From Planctomycetota bacterium (GTDB taxonomy: Bacteria; Planctomycetota; GCA-002687715; CAIWVZ01), in NCBI GenBank assembly GCA_044222185.1, contig JBGANV010000003.1:544001-608000 (forward strand): 64,000 nucleotides of DNA, given 5' to 3'. Every line of letters begins with the position of its first letter. The stretch's first letter is position 1. This document shows, piece by piece, positions 54,909 to 64,000 of the stretch. Position numbers and translations under genes: made by a program. Under the pieces are notes generated by a model. The model saw nothing but the letters and a program-made list of their open reading frames with translations, had not been told where the DNA came from and made no database searches.

Positions 54909-56101
54909 TTCAAGACCATCGCACCGCCGACCACGGCGCGGGCGCCGGCGTCGAACGAGTCGCCGAAATCGGCGACGATCGCCAACTCCTTCGCACCTTG
55001 CAGACCATCGAGGTCGACCAGGACCGGATCCTGCCCCGCGCGCAGAACCTCGCTGGCGAAGCGTGGCTTGCCGTCCACGAGCACGGAGATCCGCACCGAG
55101 CCGGGCAGTTCGCGCGCCGTCGTCGCCGGATCCACCCCCACGCGCGCCGAGAAGCGCGTCATCGCGGGCGGCACGGCGTACGTGACCTTCGTCTTCGCAA
55201 AGAGCAGCAGCCCCTTCATGAACGTCTGGCGGCCGATGCGCAGAGGGTCGCCGGGCATGAGCCCGCCGTCGCGGCGCATCCCGTGTCGCGCCGACCCGGG
55301 CAGCAATGGCGTCTCCTCGATGGAGGCGGGTTCCAGGTCGGAGAGGTAGCGGAAGCCATCTCCCGCGAACGTGATCGTCTTCACCGCGGCCCAGTCGAGG
55401 CCGATCTCCTGGCCGAGGGTCATCTTGAGCTTCACTCGAGCGGCGTCGCCTCCGCGAATGACGCCCGTGATCCTCCCCGAGTCACGCAGCGCCACCGTCG
55501 CGGTGGTCCCCGCGGCCGCCTTCGGAGCCCCCGTCCTCGGGAGGCGAAGCCCGACGATCCGGTCGCGACCGAAGTCGAATCGCCGGTTGTCGCCGGCCGC
55601 GCTCGAGAACACCACGTCGTTCGCACCGATCCGCTCCAGAGTTCCCGGGATCGAATCGATCCAGCCCTGGCGGTCGACGTACAGCGTCTCCTTCTCGGTC
55701 TTGATGGCGGGCGGTTCGGCCCCGCCCTTCACGAAGTCCACGTTCCAGATCGCCACGAGGTCGTCCAGCGAGAACGTGGCCTCGCCGTAGGCCGAGCTGC
55801 GCAGGCGAACGTCGTCGGCCGTTCCCCCCGTGCACGTGCCGATGATCCGGTCGCCCGAGCGCGTCTCGAGTCGCAGGCTGCCCGGCGGCGGCGGGGCGTC
55901 GGCGCCTGAGCCTTCGAGGGAGACGATCTGGTCGAGAGGAATCCGGGCCGGCCCCGCTGCGGCGTTCCAGCTCAGGCGGCCATCGGAGATGCCCGCCGGG
56001 GTTCCATGGGCAACCATGCGATCCGACGTCGTCAGGGTGAACTGGCCGAGACATTGGACGGTGAGGAGCACCCCGACGAGGATCCAAGCGCGCGTGTGCA
56101 T
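54905..56101 (-). CDS. Secreted protein with C-terminal NPCBM/NEW2 domain
   Basis: RYLSDLEP, PLRIGRQTFMKGL, FSARVGVD, GSVRISVLVDGK, LDGLQGAKELAIVADFG. Confidence 0.82.
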   Translation of the reverse strand: MHTRAWILVGVLLTVQCLGQFTLTTSDRMVAHGTPAGISDGRLSWNAAAGPARIPLDQIVSLEGSGADAPPPPGSLRLETRSGDRIIGTCTGGTADDVRLRSSAYGEATFSLDDLVAIWNVDFVKGGAEPPAIKTEKETLYVDRQGWIDSIPGTLERIGANDVVFSSAAGDNRRFDFGRDRIVGLRLPRTGAPKAAAGTTATVALRDSGRITGVIRGGDAARVKLKMTLGQEIGLDWAAVKTITFAGDGFRYLSDLEPASIEETPLLPGSARHGMRRDGGLMPGDPLRIGRQTFMKGLLLFAKTKVTYAVPPAMTRFSARVGVDPATTARELPGSVRISVLVDGKPRFASEVLRAGQDPVLVDLDGLQGAKELAIVADFGDSFDAGARAVVGGAMVLK

Positions 56102-56168
56102 CAGTTCATCCCATTGCGGCCCGCGGGTACCGGAAGGGCCCCCATATAACAGCGACGGAGTCCACCGC

Positions 56169-56224
56169 CTGCCATCCTGTCAGCGGCCAGGGCGAACCTC
56201 GCGGGCCTCCTGCCAACGTGGCAG
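56169..56224. promoter_or_regulatory. Two CTGCCA-N3-TG(G/T)CAG palindromic boxes upstream of groEL (candidate enhancer sites)
   Basis: CTGCCATCCTGTCAG at 56169-56183 and CTGCCAACGTGGCAG at 56210-56224, 41 bp apart. Confidence 0.6.
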
Positions 56225-56310
56225 CAGCCCTCGGTCCGGCGGGGCAACCTGCCCGCCCGCAACCCGCGATGATTCGGCCCCCTCCCCGATCGCCGGCCAA
56301 ACGCCTCCAA

Positions 56311-56327
56311 CTGGTCCCTGAATTGCT
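56311..56327 (+). promoter_or_regulatory. Candidate sigma54 (-24/-12) promoter of the chaperone operon
   Basis: CTGGTCCCTGAATTGCT has GG-N10-GC with TGG..TTGCT, although TGGTCC deviates from the TGGCAC consensus. Confidence 0.55.
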
Positions 56328-56425
56328 TGGGACGCGCGTCGGTCGCGCCGTCGCCGTGCCTTGGCGGGCGACGACCATCCAAGTCACAGCCTCGTTTGAC
56401 GCGAGGATCCGGAGAGAAACGAACC

Positions 56426-58063
56426 ATGGCCAAACAGCTCTGCTTCGACGCCGACGCGCGAGAAGCGCTCAAGAACGGCGTTCAGAAACTGGCGCGAGCC
56501 GTCAAGAGCACCCTCGGCCCCCGCGGGCGGTGCGCCGTCATCGACAAGGGTTACGGGGGTCCGACGATCACGAAGGACGGCTACACCGTCGCCGACGAGA
56601 TCGACCTCAAGGACAAGTACGAGAACCTGGGCGCCCAGCTCCTCAAGGAAGCGGCCAGCAAGACGAACGACGTCGCCGGTGACGGCACGACGACCGCAAC
56701 CGTGCTCGGCGAGGCCATCTACGTGGCCGGCCACAAGCACCTGACGGCCGGTGCCAACGCCGTCCAGCTCATCCGCGGGATCCGCGAGGCCACGGATGCG
56801 GTCCTCGCCAACCTCGCCAAGAAGGCCCAGAAGGTCACGCTGACCGACCAGGCCCGCATCCAGCAGATCGCCGCCATCGCCGCCAACGGTGACAAGGAGA
56901 TCGGCGACACGCTCTTCAAGGCCTTCAAGGACGTCGGGCAGAACGGCGTCATCAACATCGAAGAAGGCAAGAGCATGGAGACGGAGGTCAAGGTCGTCGA
57001 CGGCATGCAGTTCGACCGCGGCTACCTCTCGCCCCATTTCGCGACCGACCAGAAGACGCTCGAGGCGGAGCTGAAGGACTGCCTGATCCTCATCCACGAG
57101 GACAAGATCTCGAACATCAAGAAGCTCATCCCCCTCCTCGAGGCGGTGAGCAAGTCCAACCGCCCGCTCCTCATCATCGCCGAGGACGTGGAAGGCGAAG
57201 CGCTCGCGACGCTCGTCGTCAACAAGCTCCGCGGCATCGTCAACTGCTGCGCGGTGAAGGCGCCGGGATACGGTGACCGCCGCAAGGCCATGCTCGAGGA
57301 CCTGGGGATCCTCACGGGCGCCGACCCGGTCTTCAAAGACCTCGGCACGGACCTGGAGAAGGTCGGCATCAAGCAGCTCGGCCGCGCGAAGCGCGTGGTC
57401 GTGACGTCCGAGACGACCACGATCGTCGAGGGCGCCGGTTCACCACAGAAGCTCAAGGCGCGCGTCGCCCAGATCCAGAAGGAGATGGAGACGACCGACA
57501 GCAACTACGACAAGGAGAAGCTGCAGGAGCGTCTCGCGAAGCTCTCGGGCGGCGTGGCGCAGATCAACGTCGGCGCGGCCACCGAGACCGAGATGAAGGA
57601 GAAGAAGGCTCGCATCAAGGATGCCCACAGCGCCGTGAAGGCCGCCCTCGAAGAAGGCATCGTGCCCGGCGGGGGCGTGGCTCTCGCCCGCATCGCCGAG
57701 ACGATCAAGGCCCAGGCGAGCGAAGAGACGGACGTGGGCCTCGGCTACGCCGTCGTGCGTCACGCGCTCTCGGCACCGCTCCGCCAGATCGCGGACAACG
57801 CCGGCGGGCAGGGCACCGTCGTCCTCAAGCGCATCCTCGAGGACTCCAAGTTCAGCATGGGGTTCAACGCGGACACCGGCGAAACCGTCGACATGGTCGA
57901 AGCCGGCATCATCGACCCGCTCAAGGTCACTCGTTCGGCCCTGCAGAACGCCGCGTCGGTCGCGGCCCTGCTCCTCTCGACGAACTGCCTCGTCACGGAA
58001 GCGCCCAAGAAGAAGGGCGACGATGACGGCGAGGGCGGCGGCGAAGAGATGGACGAGATGTGA
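56426..58063 (+). CDS. groEL: Chaperonin GroEL (copy 1)
   Basis: [64 protein letters not shown]. Confidence 0.98.
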   Translation: MAKQLCFDADAREALKNGVQKLARAVKSTLGPRGRCAVIDKGYGGPTITKDGYTVADEIDLKDKYENLGAQLLKEAASKTNDVAGDGTTTATVLGEAIYVAGHKHLTAGANAVQLIRGIREATDAVLANLAKKAQKVTLTDQARIQQIAAIAANGDKEIGDTLFKAFKDVGQNGVINIEEGKSMETEVKVVDGMQFDRGYLSPHFATDQKTLEAELKDCLILIHEDKISNIKKLIPLLEAVSKSNRPLLIIAEDVEGEALATLVVNKLRGIVNCCAVKAPGYGDRRKAMLEDLGILTGADPVFKDLGTDLEKVGIKQLGRAKRVVVTSETTTIVEGAGSPQKLKARVAQIQKEMETTDSNYDKEKLQERLAKLSGGVAQINVGAATETEMKEKKARIKDAHSAVKAALEEGIVPGGGVALARIAETIKAQASEETDVGLGYAVVRHALSAPLRQIADNAGGQGTVVLKRILEDSKFSMGFNADTGETVDMVEAGIIDPLKVTRSALQNAASVAALLLSTNCLVTEAPKKKGDDDGEGGGEEMDEM

Positions 58064-58101
58064 AACAGGCCCGACCAGACAAATTCCACGGAGACACGAA
58101 C

Positions 58102-58395
58102 ATGGCACTGAAGATCCGTCCCCTCGATGACCGCATCATCGTCGAAGGCCTCGCCGCGGAGGAGAAGACCGCCGGAGGCATCGTCCTGCCGGAGGCCGCC
58201 AAGGAAAAACCCCAGCAGGGCAAGGTGATCGCCGTCGGCCCGGGCAAGGTCGGCAAGGACGGTGAGCGCATCCCGCTCAACGTGAAGAAGGGCGACACCA
58301 TCGTCTACGGCAAGTACTCGGGCACCGACATCAAGGTCGAGGGCACGGAGTACAAGATCATGCGCGAGAGCGAAGTTCTCGCGAAGTGGGCGTGA
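58102..58395 (+). CDS. groES: Co-chaperonin GroES
   Basis: [35 protein letters not shown]. Confidence 0.98.
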   Translation: MALKIRPLDDRIIVEGLAAEEKTAGGIVLPEAAKEKPQQGKVIAVGPGKVGKDGERIPLNVKKGDTIVYGKYSGTDIKVEGTEYKIMRESEVLAKWA

Positions 58396-58411
58396 GGGAG
58401 ACTGAACCAAC

Positions 58412-60031
58412 ATGGCGAAACAACTGATGTTCGATGACGAGACGCGCCGGAAGATCTCCGACGGCGTTTCGAAACTCGCCCGCGCGGTGAAAGTCACGCT
58501 CGGCCCCAGCGGTCGGAACGTGATCTTCCAGAAGTCCATGAGCGGGCCGACCGTCACGAAGGACGGCGTGACCGTGTCGAAGGAAGTGGAGCTCTCCGAC
58601 CCCTTCGAGAACATGGGCGCCAAGCTCGTGAACGAAGTGGCGAGCAAGATGGGCGACAAGGCGGGCGACGGCACGACGACGGCCATCGTCCTCGCGGAGT
58701 CCATCTACTCCGCGGGACTCCGCTACGTCACGTCCGGGGTCTCTCCGACCGCGTTGAAGCGCGGCCTCGAGAAGAGCGTCGAAGCCGTGAGTGAGACGCT
58801 GAAGGGTCTCGCCAAGCCCGTGAAGGGTCTGGACGACCTCGTCAAAGTCGCCACGATCTCGGCCAACAACGACCCGACCATCGGCGCGCAGATCGCGAAG
58901 GCGCTCGAAGAAGTCGGCAAGGACGGCGTGGTCACCATCGAGGAGGCCAAGAGCATCGACACGACGTACGAAGTCGTGAAGGGCATGTCCTTCGACAAGG
59001 GCTACATCTCGCCTTACTTCATCACGAACACGGCGAAGATGACGGCCGAGCTCGAGAGCGCACTCATCCTCATCTACGAGAAGAAGATCTCGAACGTCCG
59101 TGACCTCGTTCCCCTGCTCGAGCGCGTCGCCCAGAAGGCGGAGCCGCTCGTGATCATCGCGGAAGAGGTCGACGGCGAAGCGCTCTCGGCGCTCGTCATC
59201 AACAAGCTGCGCGGCGTGTTGAACGTCGTCGCGGTGAAGGCGCCGGGATTCGGCGACCGCCGAAAGGCGATGCTCGAGGATCTGGCCGTCCTCACCGGCG
59301 GAACGTTCATCGCCGAGGAGACGGGTCGCACGCTCGAGTCCGTCACGCTGGCCGACCTGGGCCGCGCGAAGAAGGTCATCGTCAAGAAGGACGAGACCCT
59401 CGTCATCGACGGCGAAGGCAAGCCGAAGTCGATCCAGGAGCGCATCGACCAGGTTCGCTCCAAGCTCGCCGTGACGACGAGCGACTACGACCGGGAGAAG
59501 CTCCAGGAACGCCTGGCGAAGCTCACGGGCGGAGTGGCCGTCATCCGCGTCGGCGCCGCGACCGAGAAGGAAATGCAGGAGCGCAAGTACCGCGTCGAGG
59601 ACGCCATGCACGCCACGCGCGCCGCGCGCGAGGAGGGCATCGTCCCGGGCGGTGGAACGGCCTACCTGCGCTGCGTCGCCGCAGTCGAAGAGGCGCGCAA
59701 GAAGCTGAAGGGTGACGAGCGCTTCGGCGCCGACATCATCCTCACGGCCCTGCGCGCGCCCTGCCGCCAGATCGCGGAGAACGCCGGCTTCGACGGCGAC
59801 GTCATCACCGACGCCGTGCTGAACCAGCCGCAAACGAAGTCCAACTGGGGCTGCGATGCCCGGTCGGGCGAGATCGTGGACCTCGTGAAGGCAGGCATCG
59901 TCGATCCCGTGAAGGTGACGCGCCTCGCTCTCGAGTACTCCGCCTCCGTGTCCGGCCTCATGCTGATGACGAACACGACGATCACCTCGCTCAAGGACGA
60001 TCAGGCCGCCGTGGCCGGCGCCGTGTTCTAG
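58412..60031 (+). CDS. groEL: Chaperonin GroEL (copy 2, divergent)
   Basis: [53 protein letters not shown]. Confidence 0.97.
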   Translation: MAKQLMFDDETRRKISDGVSKLARAVKVTLGPSGRNVIFQKSMSGPTVTKDGVTVSKEVELSDPFENMGAKLVNEVASKMGDKAGDGTTTAIVLAESIYSAGLRYVTSGVSPTALKRGLEKSVEAVSETLKGLAKPVKGLDDLVKVATISANNDPTIGAQIAKALEEVGKDGVVTIEEAKSIDTTYEVVKGMSFDKGYISPYFITNTAKMTAELESALILIYEKKISNVRDLVPLLERVAQKAEPLVIIAEEVDGEALSALVINKLRGVLNVVAVKAPGFGDRRKAMLEDLAVLTGGTFIAEETGRTLESVTLADLGRAKKVIVKKDETLVIDGEGKPKSIQERIDQVRSKLAVTTSDYDREKLQERLAKLTGGVAVIRVGAATEKEMQERKYRVEDAMHATRAAREEGIVPGGGTAYLRCVAAVEEARKKLKGDERFGADIILTALRAPCRQIAENAGFDGDVITDAVLNQPQTKSNWGCDARSGEIVDLVKAGIVDPVKVTRLALEYSASVSGLMLMTNTTITSLKDDQAAVAGAVF

Positions 60032-60100
60032 GACACCCCGCTCTCGACGGAGGTGGCGCAGGCGCGCCCACCTCCGTCGCTTCATTTTCGCCTTCATCCG

Positions 60101-61222
60101 ATGGCACCGCAGATGTCACAGAAACGCGACTACTACGAAGTGCTCGGCGTGCCGCGCGAGTCGTCCGAGGACGACATCAAGAAGGCGTATCGCAAGATCG
60201 CATTCAAATTCCACCCCGATCGCAACCCGGGTGACAAGGACGCGGAGGCCAAGTTCAAGGAAGCCTCCGAGGCCGCGCAGGTCCTCACCGATCAGCAGAA
60301 GCGAGCCCGCTACGACCAGTTCGGTCACGCCGGCATGGAAGGCGGCGGATTCCAGAGCGGCGGCTTCCGCGACATCAACGACATCTTCGCCGCGTTCTCC
60401 GACATCTTCGGCGGTGGCGGATTCGGCGGCCGCGAGCAGAGCGGCCCCGAGGCCGGCAACAGCCTGCAGATCAAGCTCGAACTCACGCTCGAAGAGGTGC
60501 GCACCGGCGCCAAGCGAGTCGTCACGCTGAAGCGCGGCGAGCTCTGCAACGCGTGCCACGGAACGGGCGCAGCATCCGGCTCCAAACCCGAGACGTGCTC
60601 CATGTGCCGCGGCCACGGCGAGGTCATCCAGTCCCAGGGCTTCTTCAGCATCCGCCGGCCGTGTCCGCAATGCGGCGGCGAGGGCACGCAGATCAAGAAC
60701 CCATGCCGTACGTGCAGTGGGCGTCGCCTCGTGCAGAAGCAGGTCGAAATCACCGTGAACGTGCCCGCCGGCGTCGAGGATGGCACGCAGCTCCGCGTCG
60801 CGAATGAAGGCGAACCGAGCCCCGATGGCGGCCGTCGAGGTCACCTCTACTGCCACATCTCGGTCAAGGATCACAAAGTCTTCACTCGCCGCGGACGCGA
60901 ACTCCTCTGTGAGTGCCGGATCAGCTACACGCAAGCGGCCTTGGGGACGACGATCGACGTCCCGACCCTCGAAGGCACCGTCGAAATGAAGGTGCCCAAG
61001 GGAACGCAACCGAACGACGTGCTCAGGCTGCGCGGCCTGGGACTTCCCGATGTCCATGGACATTCGGCGGGTGACATCCTCGTCCGTCTCCAGGTCGAGA
61101 TCCCGCGCCGGCTCAACGACCGTGAGGAAGCGCTGCTCAAGGAGCTGGCGACCGCGCGGGGCGAGTCGACGCGTGAGAGTCCGAAGGGCATCTTCACCAA
61201 GATCAAGCAGTGGTTCGACTGA
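60101..61222 (+). CDS. dnaJ: Molecular chaperone DnaJ
   Basis: [19 protein letters not shown] region, four CxxCxGxG-type repeats; start at 60101 or 60113. Confidence 0.97.
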   Translation: MAPQMSQKRDYYEVLGVPRESSEDDIKKAYRKIAFKFHPDRNPGDKDAEAKFKEASEAAQVLTDQQKRARYDQFGHAGMEGGGFQSGGFRDINDIFAAFSDIFGGGGFGGREQSGPEAGNSLQIKLELTLEEVRTGAKRVVTLKRGELCNACHGTGAASGSKPETCSMCRGHGEVIQSQGFFSIRRPCPQCGGEGTQIKNPCRTCSGRRLVQKQVEITVNVPAGVEDGTQLRVANEGEPSPDGGRRGHLYCHISVKDHKVFTRRGRELLCECRISYTQAALGTTIDVPTLEGTVEMKVPKGTQPNDVLRLRGLGLPDVHGHSAGDILVRLQVEIPRRLNDREEALLKELATARGESTRESPKGIFTKIKQWFD

Positions 61223-61224
61223 CC

Positions 61225-61836
61225 ATGGATCCCAACAAGAAGTCACAAGATGGAGCGCCGGACGCCGGCCCGACCACGCCGACGGGCAAGGCCAGGGATG
61301 AGTCCAGACCCCTCGATGCCGCTGCCAACGCGGCGCCGAGCGACGAACTCGCCGCACGCACCAAGGAGCGCGACGAGATTCGCGATCACCTGCAGCGCAC
61401 GGCGGCCGAGTTCCAGAACTTCAAGGCACGCACGGCGCGCGAGAAGACCGAGGCTCGCCGGTTCGCGATCGCCGATGCCGTTCGCAGCGTCCTCCCCGCG
61501 CTCGACAACCTGGAACGCGCGACCGCCGCCGCCGACGCGACCAATCCTGCGGCACTGGTGATGGGCGTCCGCATGGTCGTCGAGCAGTTCCGCCGCGGGC
61601 TGGAGGAACTCGGCGTCAAGCCCGTGCAAACCGATGGCGCCCTGCTCGATCCCACCTGCATGGAAGCCATTTCGCGCGTGGAGACCACGGAGGTTCGAGA
61701 GAACCAGATCGTCGAAGTCTTCGAGAAGGGCTACAAGCTCGCGGACCTCGTCATACGACCCGCTCGCGTGACCGTCGCCGCAACACCGCGCCCGCGGACG
61801 GCCTCGGCGGGTCCGGACGAGCCGTCGGACGCCTGA
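61225..61836 (+). CDS. grpE: Nucleotide exchange factor GrpE
   Basis: RTAAEFQNFKAR, LPALDNLERA, EKGYKLADLVIRPARVTVA. Confidence 0.95.
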   Translation: MDPNKKSQDGAPDAGPTTPTGKARDESRPLDAAANAAPSDELAARTKERDEIRDHLQRTAAEFQNFKARTAREKTEARRFAIADAVRSVLPALDNLERATAAADATNPAALVMGVRMVVEQFRRGLEELGVKPVQTDGALLDPTCMEAISRVETTEVRENQIVEVFEKGYKLADLVIRPARVTVAATPRPRTASAGPDEPSDA

Positions 61837-61857
61837 TCATCCAAGGAATCCCCGAAC

Positions 61858-62166
61858 ATGCCGACCTACGACTACGCCTGTGAGAAGTGCGGCCACCAGT
61901 TCGAGACCTTCCAGAGCATGAAGGACGAGCCGCTCCGCGCGTGCCCGAAATGCAAGGCCAAGGCATTGAAGCGACTCATCGGCGCCGGCGCTGGCGTCAT
62001 CTTCAAGGGTTCGGGCTTCTACCAGACGGACTACCGCAGCACGTCCTACCAGTCGGGAAAGACGGCCGACGCACCGAAATCCGAGCCTGCGAAGACTGAC
62101 TCATCGAAACCATCGTCCGGGGGCGGCTGCGGGAAGCCTGCGTGCGGCTCCGGCGGCTGTCACTGA
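61858..62166 (+). CDS. FmdB-family zinc-ribbon protein
   Basis: [32 protein letters not shown]. Confidence 0.92.
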   Translation: MPTYDYACEKCGHQFETFQSMKDEPLRACPKCKAKALKRLIGAGAGVIFKGSGFYQTDYRSTSYQSGKTADAPKSEPAKTDSSKPSSGGGCGKPACGSGGCH

Positions 62167-62176
62167 TCGCGGATCC

Positions 62177-62392
62177 GTGGCCCGCTCATCCGACAAGGCG
62201 TGCCCGATCTGCGGCACTGCCGTGACGCCACCTCCATCGAAACGCGCCGGGGCGGCCCAGCCGGCGGCGTCGCCCGGTTCGCCGCATTTCCCGTTCTGTT
62301 CCGAGCGCTGCAAGATGGTCGACCTGAATCGCTGGCTGACCGGCGCCTATGCGATTCCGGGAGAGCCGGTTCCTCCGCCCGAGGACGAGTGA
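62177..62392 (+). CDS. yacG: DNA gyrase inhibitor YacG
   Basis: CPICG ... [22 protein letters not shown]. Confidence 0.9.
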   Translation: MARSSDKACPICGTAVTPPPSKRAGAAQPAASPGSPHFPFCSERCKMVDLNRWLTGAYAIPGEPVPPPEDE

Positions 62393-62482
62393 AGCGCCAG
62401 CGACCCCGACGACGGGGGCCGGGCCGTCCCGCGCGGCGACTCCTGCGACGACGCGTCCAACGGCACGGCCGGCGTTGCGGCA

Positions 62483-64000
62483 CTATCCTCGCAATCGAAG
62501 CCGCTCGCGGAATTGGCGAACGCGCGCCCACAGGCCCGCGACGTCGGCGGGAGCGCTCGCGGCGCGGCTGCTGGGCGCGGTGGCACGCGAGTCCGGGCTG
62601 GCCGGCCTGATGCCCGCGAACTCGGAGCAGTTCAGGATCTGCGCGACGCAGATCTGCGCGGCACGCACGTCCCGACTTCCGAGATCGTCGGCCATTCCGT
62701 CCCAGGCTTCGAGATCGTCCCGAACCCAACCGATGGCCTTCGTCCGGAGTGCCGTGCGCGACTCTGCATCGATGGTCATCCAGTCGGCTCCCATCCGCGC
62801 AGCCGCAGCGGCGGCCGCCCGCGCCGCGTGAAGGCGATCAGCCGCGCGCGGGTGCGGTGCGACGCCGCCATTGAGCTCCATCGCCTTCTCGAACAGCCGG
62901 ACCGCCATGACGAAGCGCTTTCGGCCGAACGCGACTCGTGAGAGCCGCAGAGACTCGGCGAAGTCCTGCGGTTCCGCCGCACCGCCAGCGACCGCGTCGA
63001 AGCGCGTCTCGACCGGGGCCAGGGCTTCGAGGTTCGCGACCCAGGCATCGGATCGGTACTTCCAGCCCGGCGTCCTGCTACCGACCTCATGCCCGCGCCG
63101 CATGGCATCCAGGGCTTCCAGGTAGCGGCCCATCTCGCGCAGCGTATGGCCCAGGTTGCAGAGAGCGTCACCCGCACCGGGGTTCGCCGCGACGACGGCG
63201 CGGTAGTCCTCCACGGCCTCGTCCTCGCGTCCCGAGTCCCGGAGGATCGCCGCGCGGTTGTATCTCGCCTCGAGCAGGTTCGGATCGATTGCGAGGGCGC
63301 GATCGAGCGTGACCACGGCCGAGTCCTGGTCCCCCGACGCGACCTCCGCTTGTGCGAGATTCACGAGCACGCGCGCGTCGTTCGGCCGAAGCTCCGCCGC
63401 CCTGCGCTGAGCCGCGAGAGCGCCGGCGAGGTCGCGATTCAACTGGCGCGCGATGCCAGCCTGGGTCCACGCCGTTCCGTTCTTCGGGTCGACGGTGATC
63501 GCCTTCTCCGCGAGCGCCGGCCACTCGTCGTTCTTGCCGGCGAGCTGGAGGAGCGTCACGAGACGAGACTGATAAATGCTCCGGAATGGCGCGAGGCGCA
63601 CGGCTTCCCGCTGATGCTGCTCGGCCTGGACGAGGTCGTGTTGAACACGATGGATCTCGGAGAGGGCGTCGTGGATTCGTGCATCGTCCAGACCCTCCGC
63701 AAGCAGCGACTGGAGCTCGGCAGCGGCGCTCGCGTGTTTCCCCTGCTCCTCGTGGACCATGGCGACGGCGAACCGTGCCGAGGCGAGTTTCGGGGCGCGG
63801 GCAAGCGCTTCCGCGTACGCCGCAAGGGCCGCGTCGGGGTCCACGGGCGCGAGCGCGAACCCGACCCAATACGCCGCGTAGCCATCGTCGGGCCACATGT
63901 TGCGGATGCTCGCGGCCACCCACCGAGAGAGGTCGGCTTCCCGCACGTGCCCCGCGGCATGCGCCAGCCCGAAGTGGAACATCGCTCGCGCTCGCGGCGA
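62483..64000 (-). CDS. TPR-repeat protein, probably the C-terminal half of a planctomycete-type Ser/Thr kinase (5' end beyond the right edge)
   Basis: Frame is open to base 64000; many TPRs; RRGHEVGSRTPGWKYRS and RLHAARAAAAAA..LRTKAIGWVRDDL resemble such kinase tails; the kinase domain itself is not visible. Confidence 0.7.
   Translation of the reverse strand, partial: SPRARAMFHFGLAHAAGHVREADLSRWVAASIRNMWPDDGYAAYWVGFALAPVDPDAALAAYAEALARAPKLASARFAVAMVHEEQGKHASAAAELQSLLAEGLDDARIHDALSEIHRVQHDLVQAEQHQREAVRLAPFRSIYQSRLVTLLQLAGKNDEWPALAEKAITVDPKNGTAWTQAGIARQLNRDLAGALAAQRRAAELRPNDARVLVNLAQAEVASGDQDSAVVTLDRALAIDPNLLEARYNRAAILRDSGREDEAVEDYRAVVAANPGAGDALCNLGHTLREMGRYLEALDAMRRGHEVGSRTPGWKYRSDAWVANLEALAPVETRFDAVAGGAAEPQDFAESLRLSRVAFGRKRFVMAVRLFEKAMELNGGVAPHPRAADRLHAARAAAAAAARMGADWMTIDAESRTALRTKAIGWVRDDLEAWDGMADDLGSRDVRAAQICVAQILNCSEFAGIRPASPDSRATAPSSRAASAPADVAGLWARVRQFRERLRLRG

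Noticed and set aside
56102-56425. CIRCE element upstream of groEL
   Set aside because: No match to TTAGCACTC-N9-GAGTGCTAA.
1-64000. CRISPR arrays, integrases, transposases, prophage, rRNA or tRNA genes
   Set aside because: No regularly spaced repeats or corresponding protein or RNA motifs were seen; short or highly degenerate elements could have been missed by eye.

Overview
High-GC chromosomal window, most likely from a Planctomycetota (PVC superphylum) genome. The assignment is inferred from the PVC small basic signature protein, two ECF sigma/Ser-Thr kinase pairs, a groEL-groES-groEL-dnaJ-grpE cluster, and prenyltransferase-repeat and NPCBM proteins. From left to right: lnt (runs off the left edge and is absent from the ORF track), moeA and an atypical radical SAM gene; a two-permease RND efflux locus; an ExbD-like/prenyltransferase-repeat fusion; two convergent secreted proteins (LamG and a trypsin-like protease) sharing a C-terminal domain; ECF plus kinase; a HEAT protein; a small decayed region (nucleotidyltransferase remnant and a pseudogenised copy of the neighbouring TPR gene); trmJ-like, ribH, nusB, ftsY, O-antigen-ligase-like gene; a second ECF plus kinase; an anaerobic benzoyl-CoA pathway cluster (had-oah-dch-bcrCBAD-SDR-GNAT); a ~700-nt structured non-coding stretch facing an unannotated 28-aa Lys/Ala microprotein; lipoprotein, der, queE, PVC signature protein, pdxA, vWA, NPCBM; a chaperone operon preceded by a sigma54-type promoter with two palindromic upstream boxes; fmdB-like, yacG; and a partial TPR/kinase-tail gene at the right edge. 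No CRISPR array, tRNA, rRNA or intact transposase was seen. All family calls come from motifs read by eye; no database search was run.
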